From Candidatus Iainarchaeum sp. (lineage in GTDB: Archaea; Iainarchaeota; Iainarchaeia; Iainarchaeales; CSSED10-239), in contig JBBISB010000001.1 in NCBI GenBank assembly GCA_037441475.1, positions 36,418 to 68,417 on the forward strand: a stretch of DNA of 32,000 nucleotides, written 5' to 3'. Below are positions 15,669 through 24,711 of this stretch, piece after piece (position 1 is the first letter of the stretch; each line of letters opens with the position of its first letter). The notes beneath the pieces were generated by a model, which did not search any database, was not told the DNA's origin, and saw only the letters and a program-made list of their open reading frames with translations. The position numbers and the translations under genes are program-made.

Positions 15669-18600
15669 CTATTTTCTTTTCTTATAAATCTCTTTTCTTG
15701 AAAACAAGTACATGAAACTTGCCATAATCACTAAGACATAAAGAGTGAATGGAAGGATCTTTTCTGGAGCAAGAGGGATGTTTAAAGAACCTCTATCACT
15801 ACCTCCAGAACCTGCAAATGGGTTTAAAAGATTCTGAACTGTTGTTCCATATACCTTACCATCTTCCCCAGGTTTAAAAGTTACACCATCCCTGTATTCT
15901 GGGTTGAAAGGTATTAAATGACCATTTTCTGTATACCAGTTACCAGTCTTTGGATCATACCAGAAAGCACCATTCTTTCCTTGTGCTGAAAGTAAGGTCT
16001 CTGTTAGGTCATTATACTTTAATTTTGGAATACCGTCTTCTGCTGAAAACTCAAATTTATGCTCTTGACCATCCTCTGTGGTTACTATAAAACCATCAGG
16101 GGTAGTTAGAATAGAGCTTATAGCTTGATCAATAACTTGTCCAGTTTTTTTATCAATAATCTTCATTCTTTGTTGACATTCTGGAGCTGGTGTTGTATAG
16201 AAAATAAAAGTCTTTGAGGCTGTATCAAACATTTGGAAAGGACCTACTTTTTCTAAAGCCTTGTTCATTTCAACAGACTTTGCAACAGCTTCAGGGTTTG
16301 ACATGTCAGGAGAAATACTCATCTCAAAGGCATTCTCTTCACAGCCTGTAACTGGGTTTGTTTCTTTAATAGGCTTAACATCCATCCCTTTAATCTCAGA
16401 TTGATGCATTACATATGTTTGTTGAACCCACATTATGTAACTGTTTTTTTCTCCGTTGTATATTAATTGTCCTCTTTCAAACTGAACAGCTATGTTTTTA
16501 CCAATAGTTACTTCTTTACCTTCTATAGGGAAAAGCTTAGTTGTTCTATCTCCTAGGACAGTTATTCTTGATGCCTCACCAGAGGCTATTTTTCTTGGTG
16601 TTCCTTCAGCAACTATTTCTAAGCTATTACTTCTTCCTTTTGGTATTAAGTCATACTGTGTTTCAGGAGAGATTTGGTTTGTTGAAGTAACTTGTTTTAC
16701 AGCACCTAAATAATCTGTTAAAACATTGCCTGACATTTCAAGACCAGTTTGTTCATAGTAGTTTGTTTTTAAACAATTTAAGAAATTAATATCTTCTATT
16801 TTTAAGTTACCATAAACATCTATGTTAAACAAAGGAGTGTTTGTGTCTGGAACTGGGATATAGGATATACTGTGAGGAACAACTTTTGCTGGAATACCAA
16901 GGTTTGTTGCTATTAAACGTACCCAATCTTTATTTTCTGGACCAATTATTCTCTTGATATTTCCATCTTTATCAACAATGTTCATTTCTCCTTTTTCCTT
17001 ATCAACTATTAAGGTATCTACTGTTGTCTTATCTATTAAGTGTTCAACACCTTTGTCGTTATAACCGCTTGCTCTACAACTTGAGGCCTCTCCAAGTTCA
17101 AAGAAGAAAAGTTTTCCATCAAATGAAGCTGATGTGTTACCTATAGTTTCTATTCTTGATTGCATTATTGGATTGTCTTTTATTTTTGTTTCAGCAAACT
17201 GTTTTACTTCTTGTGTTGTTTTTGTAATTGATTCTTGAAGTTCTGTGTTTTTTGTAATGTTTGTTAAGGTCTTTTCAACAGAGTATGCACCTTTTGAGAT
17301 TGCATCTCCAACTTTGTTTTTAGGGTCTTTTTCTATTCTTTCAAACTCCTCTTGTGCAACAAAGAAGTGAGTGTAGTAACCTTCTTCATGATCTACACAG
17401 TTGTATATTTCAGGAACAATTACAAGTTGAGGTAAGATATCACCAAAGATTGCACCTAAGACTATTCTATGTTGAGGAACACTTAAGGAATAATAAATTA
17501 CATTTGAAAAACCAGCAGCAACTGCACCTGCTCTATATGATTGACCTGTCCATTGATTTGTCCACCCTATTGGTATTCCCATAACCTCTAGGTTTCTAAG
17601 TTTAGCTGAACATGTTTCTTCTTCTTTTATAGCTGTTAAAAGATTCACTGAGTTTTCTGTTTTAAAACCAGCTAAAGAACCATCATAGTCTGTGTGGTGA
17701 GAGAAAGCTATTAATGTTTTACCATATTTTTCAAAGTTTTCTCTAGAGGTGTTTTCTAAAAGATAACTTGTTGTTGTAACACCTGTGCTTGTTTGATAGT
17801 TAAGATGTAAGTTGTCATTTATATTTGTACCAATTGTTTGTTTTGCATCTATTGATCTACTTTTTGTAATTTCTTCAAGAAGTCTTGTGTCTCCTATCTT
17901 AATTTGACATGCATTTGTGTTACATGTTTTCATAGTGTCTGTAAGTAAAGCTATGTTATCTGTAAAGCTTCTTCTTATATGCCCTTCAGTAACGTTTCTT
18001 ACCCAGTCTGAAAAGCCTTGTGTTGTTTGCCATTCTGTACTTTCAAGTGCTCCTTTTGGAAGGTTTACCATCCAGAAGATAATTGAGTTAATGTATTGCA
18101 TGAAAAGATCTCCTTGATCAGAACCATCGTTTGCAAAGAAATCTATGTAGGAGTCATTATAGATATCTCCAGTTTCTCCATGTTTAAAGATTACTGATGT
18201 GTATGTTTCTGGTATTCTAAACATACTGTATCTATCAAATGCTCCCCCAAGTAAAGTAGAACCAGCTGTCTTAAATTGCCAGTATCCAAAGTTATAAAGG
18301 TAAGCTTTTCCTGAATCTGCAATAATATCAAATGCTCTTTTATCCCATTGAGTAATTGTTTGTTGTTTCATTCTTTGGTTTATATAGTTTAAACCTCTTC
18401 CTGTACTCCAACCTTGATTATTTAAGACAGTTACAACACCGTCTGTTACTAGTTCAGCATCTTTTATTTTCTTAGCCCCCATTTCTTGGAAATAACCTAA
18501 GGAAACTTCTAAAGGGTTAATTCCGTATTTTGGAAGATCTGCATCTGGAATTCCTGTTTCAATAATATTTCTCATGTTTATAGGTTCATTTGGTTTTATA

Positions 18601-20588
18601 TCAGCCATATCAATTACAGAACCTCTTACTGATTTTGCAGTTCCGTCTTGGGCAATATATTCTATTAAGACATCTGGTTTTTTATTGTATATAATATCAT
18701 TAAAGTTTAATGGATTTGCAGCACCTGTTGTTTCTTTGAAAGGAATAATAACATCTATTTGTTTAGGACCATCTGCAAAGTTAACTGTTATTCTTTTTGT
18801 TTCAAAATTATTCATGAAATTATCTGCAACAAGATTACCTGCATTATCAGTTTTATAAGGAGCATCTGTTAACATATCTCTAAACTTCTTTGACGAAGTA
18901 AGCTCTGTTGTTGTAATTTCATTTTTAAGCCTTACTTTATTCATCAGTTCATCTTTATTATTAATTATTTTACCTCTTTCTTTTAAAAGAGTTATATCTT
19001 TAGCTCCATCATCCCATTTGAAGTGTCCATTTGAAAATGCAGAGAATTCTTTATTAAGTTTATTTGCTCTTAAGACTTCTTCTGTTAACTTATCATATTG
19101 ATCTTTTGTTAAAGAAGCATAAAAGTCTTCCATTGTTTTTGTTTTATTAAATAAAATATCTGATGAACCTGGAGCTATTTTTTTAATATTTGCAGAAGTA
19201 ATGTCTTGCATCATTCTAGCTGTTCTTATGTTGCTTTGATATTCTAAGACAGATTCCATGAAAACTCTTTGTTGAGATTTATTAAGTTTTGCAAAAGTTC
19301 CTGAACCAAAGAATTCATTTTTAATTGTGTCTACATTCTTTTTAGAGTTTAAGGCATCAAGATATTTATCAAACTCAGGCTTCATATTGTATCTGTCTAT
19401 GTTGTATGTAATTTTTTTATTACTTTGTGCAAGATTTGATATATAATCATCCATGTTTTTTGATATTTTATTGTATCTATAAGTTGATACTGCAGAATCA
19501 AGAACACCCATATTATTTGTTAAATTATCAAAGAAACCATGTTTTCCTCTTATTCCACCTATAGCTTTATCATTAATTAGTTTTGTATTTCCTATTGATT
19601 TTGGAATGTTTTTAAAAACTCTACCTGTGAATTTCCATAACATAGGAGAGACAGATGTAAAAACAAGATCTGCTGAGTAATACATGTTAAAGACTTTATC
19701 AAACAAAGAGTACATGTTTATGTAACAGTTATCAGAGTTACAGGTACTCTCCATACTTGCATTAAAAGAATCTGTAATTATACTGTTTTTTATAGCTTCA
19801 TCTAAAATTAATTGCATTGATCTTATTTCTGCTTCTGTTATATTACTATCATCTGAGAATTGTATTTTTCTAAACTCAGCAAGCTCTTCATAAGACATGT
19901 TTGAAAATAAACCTAAATCTACATTTGAGTTGTAATCAAGAGAAGGATCTATTATTTCATTTGCAGCTTGACCTAAATCATCCAGACGTAATCTTTCAAT
20001 TAATAGCATGTCTATTAAATCTCTGCTAATAGACTTTGCTTGAGGGAAAAAACCATACTTTCCATTCTGTCTGAAAAGACCTTCATTTTCTAAGTAACAT
20101 GCAAAAGCATCTCCTCCTTGACATCTACCTACTCTTAGGGTATCTTTAAGATCTAAACCATGTGAGAAAGGACCATAACACACTTGTCCTAGAACAGTTG
20201 GAATTTCTAAAGGACTCATTAATTGATTTGGAATTTCTGTTTTACCTACAACATCATTTGCTTTTGTGTCTTTTGAAGTTATTAAAACTTGACTTTGATC
20301 CATTGTTTCTCTATTAAAGTTTGCTGGTTGATCACTGGATAAAAGATCTACTTTAAAACCCTTTACTAAAATTTCATTCCATAACCTCTCTACAGCTTCT
20401 GGAGATAACTCCTCTGTGTAACATGCAGAGCCCATGCTACTTGGGTTATAGCTTATTGGAACAGCATCTTGAAAGTAGAGAGTAGTATTATTTTTTGAAG
20501 ATAATCTATCTACATCTATGGAAGATGCAAAGACTCCATTTATCATTAATAATAAGAAAAATATTGCCAGTAGTTTATTTTTATTCAT
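15669..20588 (-). CDS. 1,639-aa orphan secreted protein with a C-terminal membrane anchor (candidate adhesin or S-layer-like surface protein)
   Basis: The N-terminal signal peptide is MNKNKLLAIFFLLLMINGVFA|SS. The C-terminus is a TM helix plus basic tail (ILPFTLYVLVIMASFMYLFSRKEIYKKRK). It has many N-x-S/T sequons and scattered Cys. No domain recognised. Confidence 0.85.
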   Translation of the reverse strand: MNKNKLLAIFFLLLMINGVFASSIDVDRLSSKNNTTLYFQDAVPISYNPSSMGSACYTEELSPEAVERLWNEILVKGFKVDLLSSDQPANFNRETMDQSQVLITSKDTKANDVVGKTEIPNQLMSPLEIPTVLGQVCYGPFSHGLDLKDTLRVGRCQGGDAFACYLENEGLFRQNGKYGFFPQAKSISRDLIDMLLIERLRLDDLGQAANEIIDPSLDYNSNVDLGLFSNMSYEELAEFRKIQFSDDSNITEAEIRSMQLILDEAIKNSIITDSFNASMESTCNSDNCYINMYSLFDKVFNMYYSADLVFTSVSPMLWKFTGRVFKNIPKSIGNTKLINDKAIGGIRGKHGFFDNLTNNMGVLDSAVSTYRYNKISKNMDDYISNLAQSNKKITYNIDRYNMKPEFDKYLDALNSKKNVDTIKNEFFGSGTFAKLNKSQQRVFMESVLEYQSNIRTARMMQDITSANIKKIAPGSSDILFNKTKTMEDFYASLTKDQYDKLTEEVLRANKLNKEFSAFSNGHFKWDDGAKDITLLKERGKIINNKDELMNKVRLKNEITTTELTSSKKFRDMLTDAPYKTDNAGNLVADNFMNNFETKRITVNFADGPKQIDVIIPFKETTGAANPLNFNDIIYNKKPDVLIEYIAQDGTAKSVRGSVIDMADIKPNEPINMRNIIETGIPDADLPKYGINPLEVSLGYFQEMGAKKIKDAELVTDGVVTVLNNQGWSTGRGLNYINQRMKQQTITQWDKRAFDIIADSGKAYLYNFGYWQFKTAGSTLLGGAFDRYSMFRIPETYTSVIFKHGETGDIYNDSYIDFFANDGSDQGDLFMQYINSIIFWMVNLPKGALESTEWQTTQGFSDWVRNVTEGHIRRSFTDNIALLTDTMKTCNTNACQIKIGDTRLLEEITKSRSIDAKQTIGTNINDNLHLNYQTSTGVTTTSYLLENTSRENFEKYGKTLIAFSHHTDYDGSLAGFKTENSVNLLTAIKEEETCSAKLRNLEVMGIPIGWTNQWTGQSYRAGAVAAGFSNVIYYSLSVPQHRIVLGAIFGDILPQLVIVPEIYNCVDHEEGYYTHFFVAQEEFERIEKDPKNKVGDAISKGAYSVEKTLTNITKNTELQESITKTTQEVKQFAETKIKDNPIMQSRIETIGNTSASFDGKLFFFELGEASSCRASGYNDKGVEHLIDKTTVDTLIVDKEKGEMNIVDKDGNIKRIIGPENKDWVRLIATNLGIPAKVVPHSISYIPVPDTNTPLFNIDVYGNLKIEDINFLNCLKTNYYEQTGLEMSGNVLTDYLGAVKQVTSTNQISPETQYDLIPKGRSNSLEIVAEGTPRKIASGEASRITVLGDRTTKLFPIEGKEVTIGKNIAVQFERGQLIYNGEKNSYIMWVQQTYVMHQSEIKGMDVKPIKETNPVTGCEENAFEMSISPDMSNPEAVAKSVEMNKALEKVGPFQMFDTASKTFIFYTTPAPECQQRMKIIDKKTGQVIDQAISSILTTPDGFIVTTEDGQEHKFEFSAEDGIPKLKYNDLTETLLSAQGKNGAFWYDPKTGNWYTENGHLIPFNPEYRDGVTFKPGEDGKVYGTTVQNLLNPFAGSGGSDRGSLNIPLAPEKILPFTLYVLVIMASFMYLFSRKEIYKKRK

Positions 20589-20601
20589 AATTTATCCTTT
20601 T

Positions 20602-21099
20602 TTATAGGTATATTAAATATATTAAAATTGCTATTAATTTTGGAAATATTAAAAGAATAATAAAGAAGATGATGTTTGTTAAGATCAAACTCTTTATTAA
20701 ATTAAGGTTTGTTTTTGGATGTTTCTTTTTTTCATTAAACTTATCGTAGAAGGCAAGGGTAATAAAAGAGAAGCCTAAAAAGACACCAGATATTAAAATA
20801 TTAACTATTAATAATCTTATTAAGTGATAGAAGATTATACCAAGGATGTTTAAGAAGCTAACTCCTTTAAAGATACTTAGGAGTGGTAAAAAGTATATTA
20901 AAAGTAAGATAATATAGCTTAAAATAAAAATTATTATAAAAAGAGAAAAGATAACACTTTTTTTCTTTCTTAAAAGAAGATATTTATTTTTAAAAATTTT
21001 AATAAGTATGAAAAAAGGAATAGCACAAAGAATAGATAAACCAATTAATTTTACTATTGTCAATAAATAATTTAAAACCACTTGAAATAAATTTTCCAT
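20602..21099 (-). CDS. polytopic membrane protein (165 aa), immediately upstream of and co-oriented with the giant protein gene
   Basis: About five hydrophobic helices separated by Lys-rich loops. It stops 13 nt before the giant ORF start. No family recognised. Confidence 0.6.
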   Translation of the reverse strand: MENLFQVVLNYLLTIVKLIGLSILCAIPFFILIKIFKNKYLLLRKKKSVIFSLFIIIFILSYIILLLIYFLPLLSIFKGVSFLNILGIIFYHLIRLLIVNILISGVFLGFSFITLAFYDKFNEKKKHPKTNLNLIKSLILTNIIFFIILLIFPKLIAILIYLIYL

Positions 21100-21216
21100 A
21101 TAATCCTCTTTAATAAATATATATTGCTATTATATAGTAAATTGAAAGATTTAAAAGCCTTATTATATATATTTTATTATATAGATATATTTATAACTAT
21201 TAAGGATTAGACAAAT

Positions 21217-21888
21217 ATGGACGTTCAAAACATACCAAGAAGAGAAAGAAGGCATTTTAGGAAATATATAGATGGTGAGATTGTTTATTCTGAGGTTCCT
21301 TTTGGACATGAAGAAAAACATAATTATTCTAAAAATAATGATTTTTCTAAAAATAATGATACAACTGTTAAGAATCTTCTTGATATTGATGGTAAGAGAA
21401 AACCTGTTTTGCATGATGATCAAAAAATACAGAAGGTTTTACAAAATATATCTGATATTGTGTCTCCAGATTTAGACTCTGTTGCTGAAGCTATTTATCA
21501 CCAGATAAGTAAGGATAGTAGTTTTAATGATTTTAAGAAAGAAGAGATTGAAGAGACTATTAAAGGAAGTAAACATTATAGGGCTATAAAGAATGATAAG
21601 AATCAAGAGATTATTGATTCTGATAATATGAAGTTATTGGTTGAAGATGTTTTTATTCAACTTGAGAATGAAAACAAAGAAAGTAACCCTTCTGAAAAGA
21701 AAGAAGCTGTAAAAGAATCTTCTTCTAAATGTAAAAAAGAACCTGCTTCTAAGGGAAAGAAAGAGGATTTAAAGAAAGTTAAAAAGAAAGAAGAAAAATC
21801 AGAGATTCAAGATTTATTGGACGATGATTCTGATGAAATTGATTTTGATGAAGAAGATAGTGATGATGATTTAGGCCTTAAATTTTAA
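21217..21888 (+). CDS. acidic/Lys-rich low-complexity protein with a DDDLGLKF C-terminus
   Basis: 223-aa ATG ORF on the opposite strand, between the two minus-strand units. The C-terminal third is KKE-rich and then Asp/Glu-rich. Its stop overlaps the convergent gene's stop by 4 nt. Confidence 0.6.
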   Translation: MDVQNIPRRERRHFRKYIDGEIVYSEVPFGHEEKHNYSKNNDFSKNNDTTVKNLLDIDGKRKPVLHDDQKIQKVLQNISDIVSPDLDSVAEAIYHQISKDSSFNDFKKEEIEETIKGSKHYRAIKNDKNQEIIDSDNMKLLVEDVFIQLENENKESNPSEKKEAVKESSSKCKKEPASKGKKEDLKKVKKKEEKSEIQDLLDDDSDEIDFDEEDSDDDLGLKF

Positions 21889-22643
21889 GGTTCTTCTGGA
21901 TCTTGATATTCTTTACATCTAAGGTTTGATATGTTTTCATTTTGTTCAAAAGTAGAACTAAGTAACTGATTATTTATACTGCTTGTTGATGGCCACATCG
22001 TTAAGCTTGCAACTGTTCTTACTTCTGCTAATCTAGAATCTAGGGTCTTAAAGATTAATGGTGTTGAAGAAGAGTAGAGTTTGTTTGATCTTTGTACCAA
22101 GTATCTTACTGGGGTAATACTTATTGGATCACATAAATAGTATTTTGAGACTATTTCTAAATCTGGTTTAATTTCATTTATTTTTAACATAAAGTAAATA
22201 AAATCATCATTACTAGTATTTTGGATATAATAAATATAATCATAGTTTGGTAAAGGATGCATTAATGATTTTATGGTATGGAAGAGATTATACTTTGCAA
22301 GATCTTTAACATTTTCTTTATTAAGAGAATTTACATCACTTCCACCTATCTTTTGATTAAAAAGATAATCACTTTTTATAGCTGTAATCAAGTAATCAGT
22401 TTCTTTACTATTTAAAATATTTTTATCAAAATCTAAAGGAATATTTGTGTAGTAGATGGCCTTAAGGCTGGAGTTTGTATATTCTTTGAAGTATAGGTTA
22501 TTTATAGCAAGATCTATTCTTTCTCCGTATGTTGAGGAAAATTTGAAAAGAAGAACACATAAGGCAACAATGATTGTTAAGAAAAATAAAGAGTCTGTCA
22601 TTGCTGCTTGACCTTTATCATTCTTAAGTTCTATTAATTTCAT
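21885..22643 (-). CDS. pilin-like protein with a class III signal peptide (252 aa)
   Basis: The N-terminus is MKLIELKNDKG|QAAMTDSLFFLTIIVALCVLLF, i.e. a [KR]G|Q site followed by a hydrophobic helix. It is paralogous to the N-terminus of ORF 24712..25260. Confidence 0.6.
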   Translation of the reverse strand: MKLIELKNDKGQAAMTDSLFFLTIIVALCVLLFKFSSTYGERIDLAINNLYFKEYTNSSLKAIYYTNIPLDFDKNILNSKETDYLITAIKSDYLFNQKIGGSDVNSLNKENVKDLAKYNLFHTIKSLMHPLPNYDYIYYIQNTSNDDFIYFMLKINEIKPDLEIVSKYYLCDPISITPVRYLVQRSNKLYSSSTPLIFKTLDSRLAEVRTVASLTMWPSTSSINNQLLSSTFEQNENISNLRCKEYQDPEEP

Positions 22644-22650
22644 AAATATT

Positions 22651-23178
22651 TTACTCCCATATTAAAACATACAATCTTGCTGTTGTTGAAAAACCATTAT
22701 CTCTTTGTAGGATAATTGGATAAAGGTAGTTGATGTGATTTTTTGAAAGATCTTTTAATTGTTTTAAATTTTCTTCTTCTTCGTTACATATAAAATAATC
22801 TGGTGTACTAGGGTCATTTTTAAGGCTTGAAAGAACTATTGATTCATGGTTATCAGATATTTCTTGGAGAGAAATATTTGCATAATCTTCAGTATCTAAG
22901 GGAAGATCTATAAGAAAGGCATTCCATTTTTTTGTAGTTTTTATTTTATCACATTTATCTTTGAAATGTTGGTAATCAACAATAACAGGATCTGATTTTA
23001 ATTGCATAGAAATTTCAATTGCTTCTTGGTTTAAGGTGTATGTTTTGTTTTTAGCATTATAATCATTGAAGGTACCTAAAAAAACTGCAAAGAAAACAAC
23101 TAAACCTAGAAATATTGGTATTAAACTAGGAAGGTCATCTCCGATTGCTCCAATAAATCCTTTTTTTGTTTTAATCAT
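22651..23178 (-). CDS. pilin-like / N-terminally anchored secreted protein (175 aa), degenerate class III signal
   Basis: MIKTKKG|FIGAIGDDLPSLIPIFLGLVVFFAVFLG is followed by a soluble domain with 2 Cys. Confidence 0.5.
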   Translation of the reverse strand: MIKTKKGFIGAIGDDLPSLIPIFLGLVVFFAVFLGTFNDYNAKNKTYTLNQEAIEISMQLKSDPVIVDYQHFKDKCDKIKTTKKWNAFLIDLPLDTEDYANISLQEISDNHESIVLSSLKNDPSTPDYFICNEEEENLKQLKDLSKNHINYLYPIILQRDNGFSTTARLYVLIWE

Positions 23179-23198
23179 TTTTTATCATTTTTTAAAAA

Positions 23199-23855
23199 TT
23201 ATTCAGAAACTTGTGTTGCACAAAAGCTCCCTGTTATATTTTCACCAAGACATTTAATTTCTTCTCTATTAAAGTTATCTAAATTACATACATACTCTCT
23301 GCAAGTGTAAAGATTATTTTTTCTTCCACAAGGAAGTACATAATAATAACTTTGACTATCTTTTACATTTTTTATAAACATAAATTTAGTTTCATTTGAG
23401 TTTGCTTTTCTAGGGTCATAGATTATTTGTTGATTATTTTCTTGGGAAAAAGAATAATTTCCGTTAGCATAAGTAGAAGAATAGAAAGCAATGGTTCCAT
23501 TATAATCAAGGTTGTATGCACCTAAAATATTTCTTTCTCTATAATCTGTTAAATAGATTATTAAAGATTGATTATTAAGTTGCTGGTAGCTTTGTAGCCC
23601 TAGCTTATAGGGGGTTCCTGAAAGAGAGGAACCTTCATTTATTTTTATGGTTTTTGGAATATCAATAAACTTTACTGAACAGTAGCTATCTGAGTCTATT
23701 AAGGATTTAATCTCTTTACCTATCTTAAAGGCAGTTTCATAACTTTGTCTTGTCTTAAGGTTATCATTTAAAGTGTTCATAAAGAAGATTACAACTACAG
23801 CTATTGCTGTAACAAAGATAAGCATATTTATTTTTGATAAAGTAAATTCAAACAT
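23199..23855 (-). CDS. Cys-rich pilin-like protein (218 aa) with an atypical short leader
   Basis: The N-terminus MFEFTLSKINMLIFVTAIAVVVIFF recalls FTLxE-type pilin N-termini but lacks a K/R-G leader. It has 7 Cys, clustered near the C-terminus (CGRKNNLYTCREYVCN...CLGENITGSFC). Confidence 0.5.
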   Translation of the reverse strand: MFEFTLSKINMLIFVTAIAVVVIFFMNTLNDNLKTRQSYETAFKIGKEIKSLIDSDSYCSVKFIDIPKTIKINEGSSLSGTPYKLGLQSYQQLNNQSLIIYLTDYRERNILGAYNLDYNGTIAFYSSTYANGNYSFSQENNQQIIYDPRKANSNETKFMFIKNVKDSQSYYYVLPCGRKNNLYTCREYVCNLDNFNREEIKCLGENITGSFCATQVSE

Positions 23856-23864
23856 CTATTAATT

Positions 23865-24434
23865 TCACCTTGTTTTAATCATACAAATAGTATGATTAGC
23901 TCCTGAACCTGATTTTTTAAAAATCTTGTATCTTCCAGAGGGTATCTTTTCTATAGGGTTAATTGCTTCTTCTGATGCTTCTAAAGGGGCACATTGATTT
24001 TCACCAATTTCAAATTGTAGGTTTGTTGGAAGATAGGTACAGATAGGAGGAATTGGTTGTTTATAATCTAGCTTTTCTGGATTTTCATAAGAGTATTCTA
24101 AAAGAACACAACTTGTACCTGACCCACATATTCTTTCACATCTATCTTTATCATCTGAAATAATATTTAATCTAACCATTTCATATTTATCATTATAACA
24201 AGCCTTGGTTGTAAAATCAATAGTTCTGTATGCAAGATCTGAACCTAAAACTATTTCTCTTAAAGAAGAATTAAGATTACTAAAGTCTTGTCTTTTGTTT
24301 CCAAGACAGGTATTTTCATTTAAGTTTGCAAGAGCATAGTTACCTGCAATAATAACAAAAGTCATTACTATAATTGCAACTAAAAGTTCAAAAGGAGCAC
24401 TCATTTGTGCTTTTTGTTTTTTACTTGAATACAT
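23865..24434 (-). CDS. Cys-rich pilin-like protein (189 aa), class III-like signal (KA|Q)
   Basis: MYSSKKQKA|QMSAPFELLVAIIVMTFVIIAG at the N-terminus. There are 10 Cys in the soluble domain, including DRCERICGSGTSCV. Confidence 0.55.
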   Translation of the reverse strand: MYSSKKQKAQMSAPFELLVAIIVMTFVIIAGNYALANLNENTCLGNKRQDFSNLNSSLREIVLGSDLAYRTIDFTTKACYNDKYEMVRLNIISDDKDRCERICGSGTSCVLLEYSYENPEKLDYKQPIPPICTYLPTNLQFEIGENQCAPLEASEEAINPIEKIPSGRYKIFKKSGSGANHTICMIKTR

Positions 24435-24503
24435 ATATTATAAAGATATTATAAGAAGTATTTAAAATAGTTATCTTTTTTTAAAATAAATAAAAAAAGG
24501 CTT

Positions 24504-24704
24504 CTACTGAACAGGAGCTGACTGTACTGGAAGAGCTGCTTGTTTTGCAGAAGTTTTAACAGATTTATTAAACATTGGTTTTATAACAGCGATAAGGACG
24601 ATTGCAACAATTGCTATTACAACTAAAAAGAAAATTGTGTTAGACTCTGTTTGTCCTCTTTGATCATTTAAGATCTGTTTTATTTTCTTTTTAATTGTTT
24701 TCAT
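24504..24704 (-). CDS. minimal Flp-like pilin (66-aa precursor)
   Basis: MKTIKKKIKQILNDQRG|QTESNTIFFLVVIAIVAIVLIAVI is followed by a 25-aa tail only, ending AALPVQSAPVQ. Confidence 0.6.
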   Translation of the reverse strand: MKTIKKKIKQILNDQRGQTESNTIFFLVVIAIVAIVLIAVIKPMFNKSVKTSAKQAALPVQSAPVQ

Positions 24705-24711
24705 ATCTCAA

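Noticed and set aside
16492-18858. Four plus-strand ORFs (16492..16713, 17354..17584, 17917..18117, 18574..18858) inside the giant gene.
   Set aside because: They are antisense to a continuous 4.9-kb ORF, short, and lack start context. This is typical shadow-ORF behaviour. The same reasoning applies to 643..969, 9750..9977, 11656..11865, 12841..13032, 13228..13413, 14246..14470, 14873..15139, 21163..21423, 21272..21475, 23066..23257, 27405..27710, 28477..28668, 28997..29221, 29862..30044 and 30739..30975.
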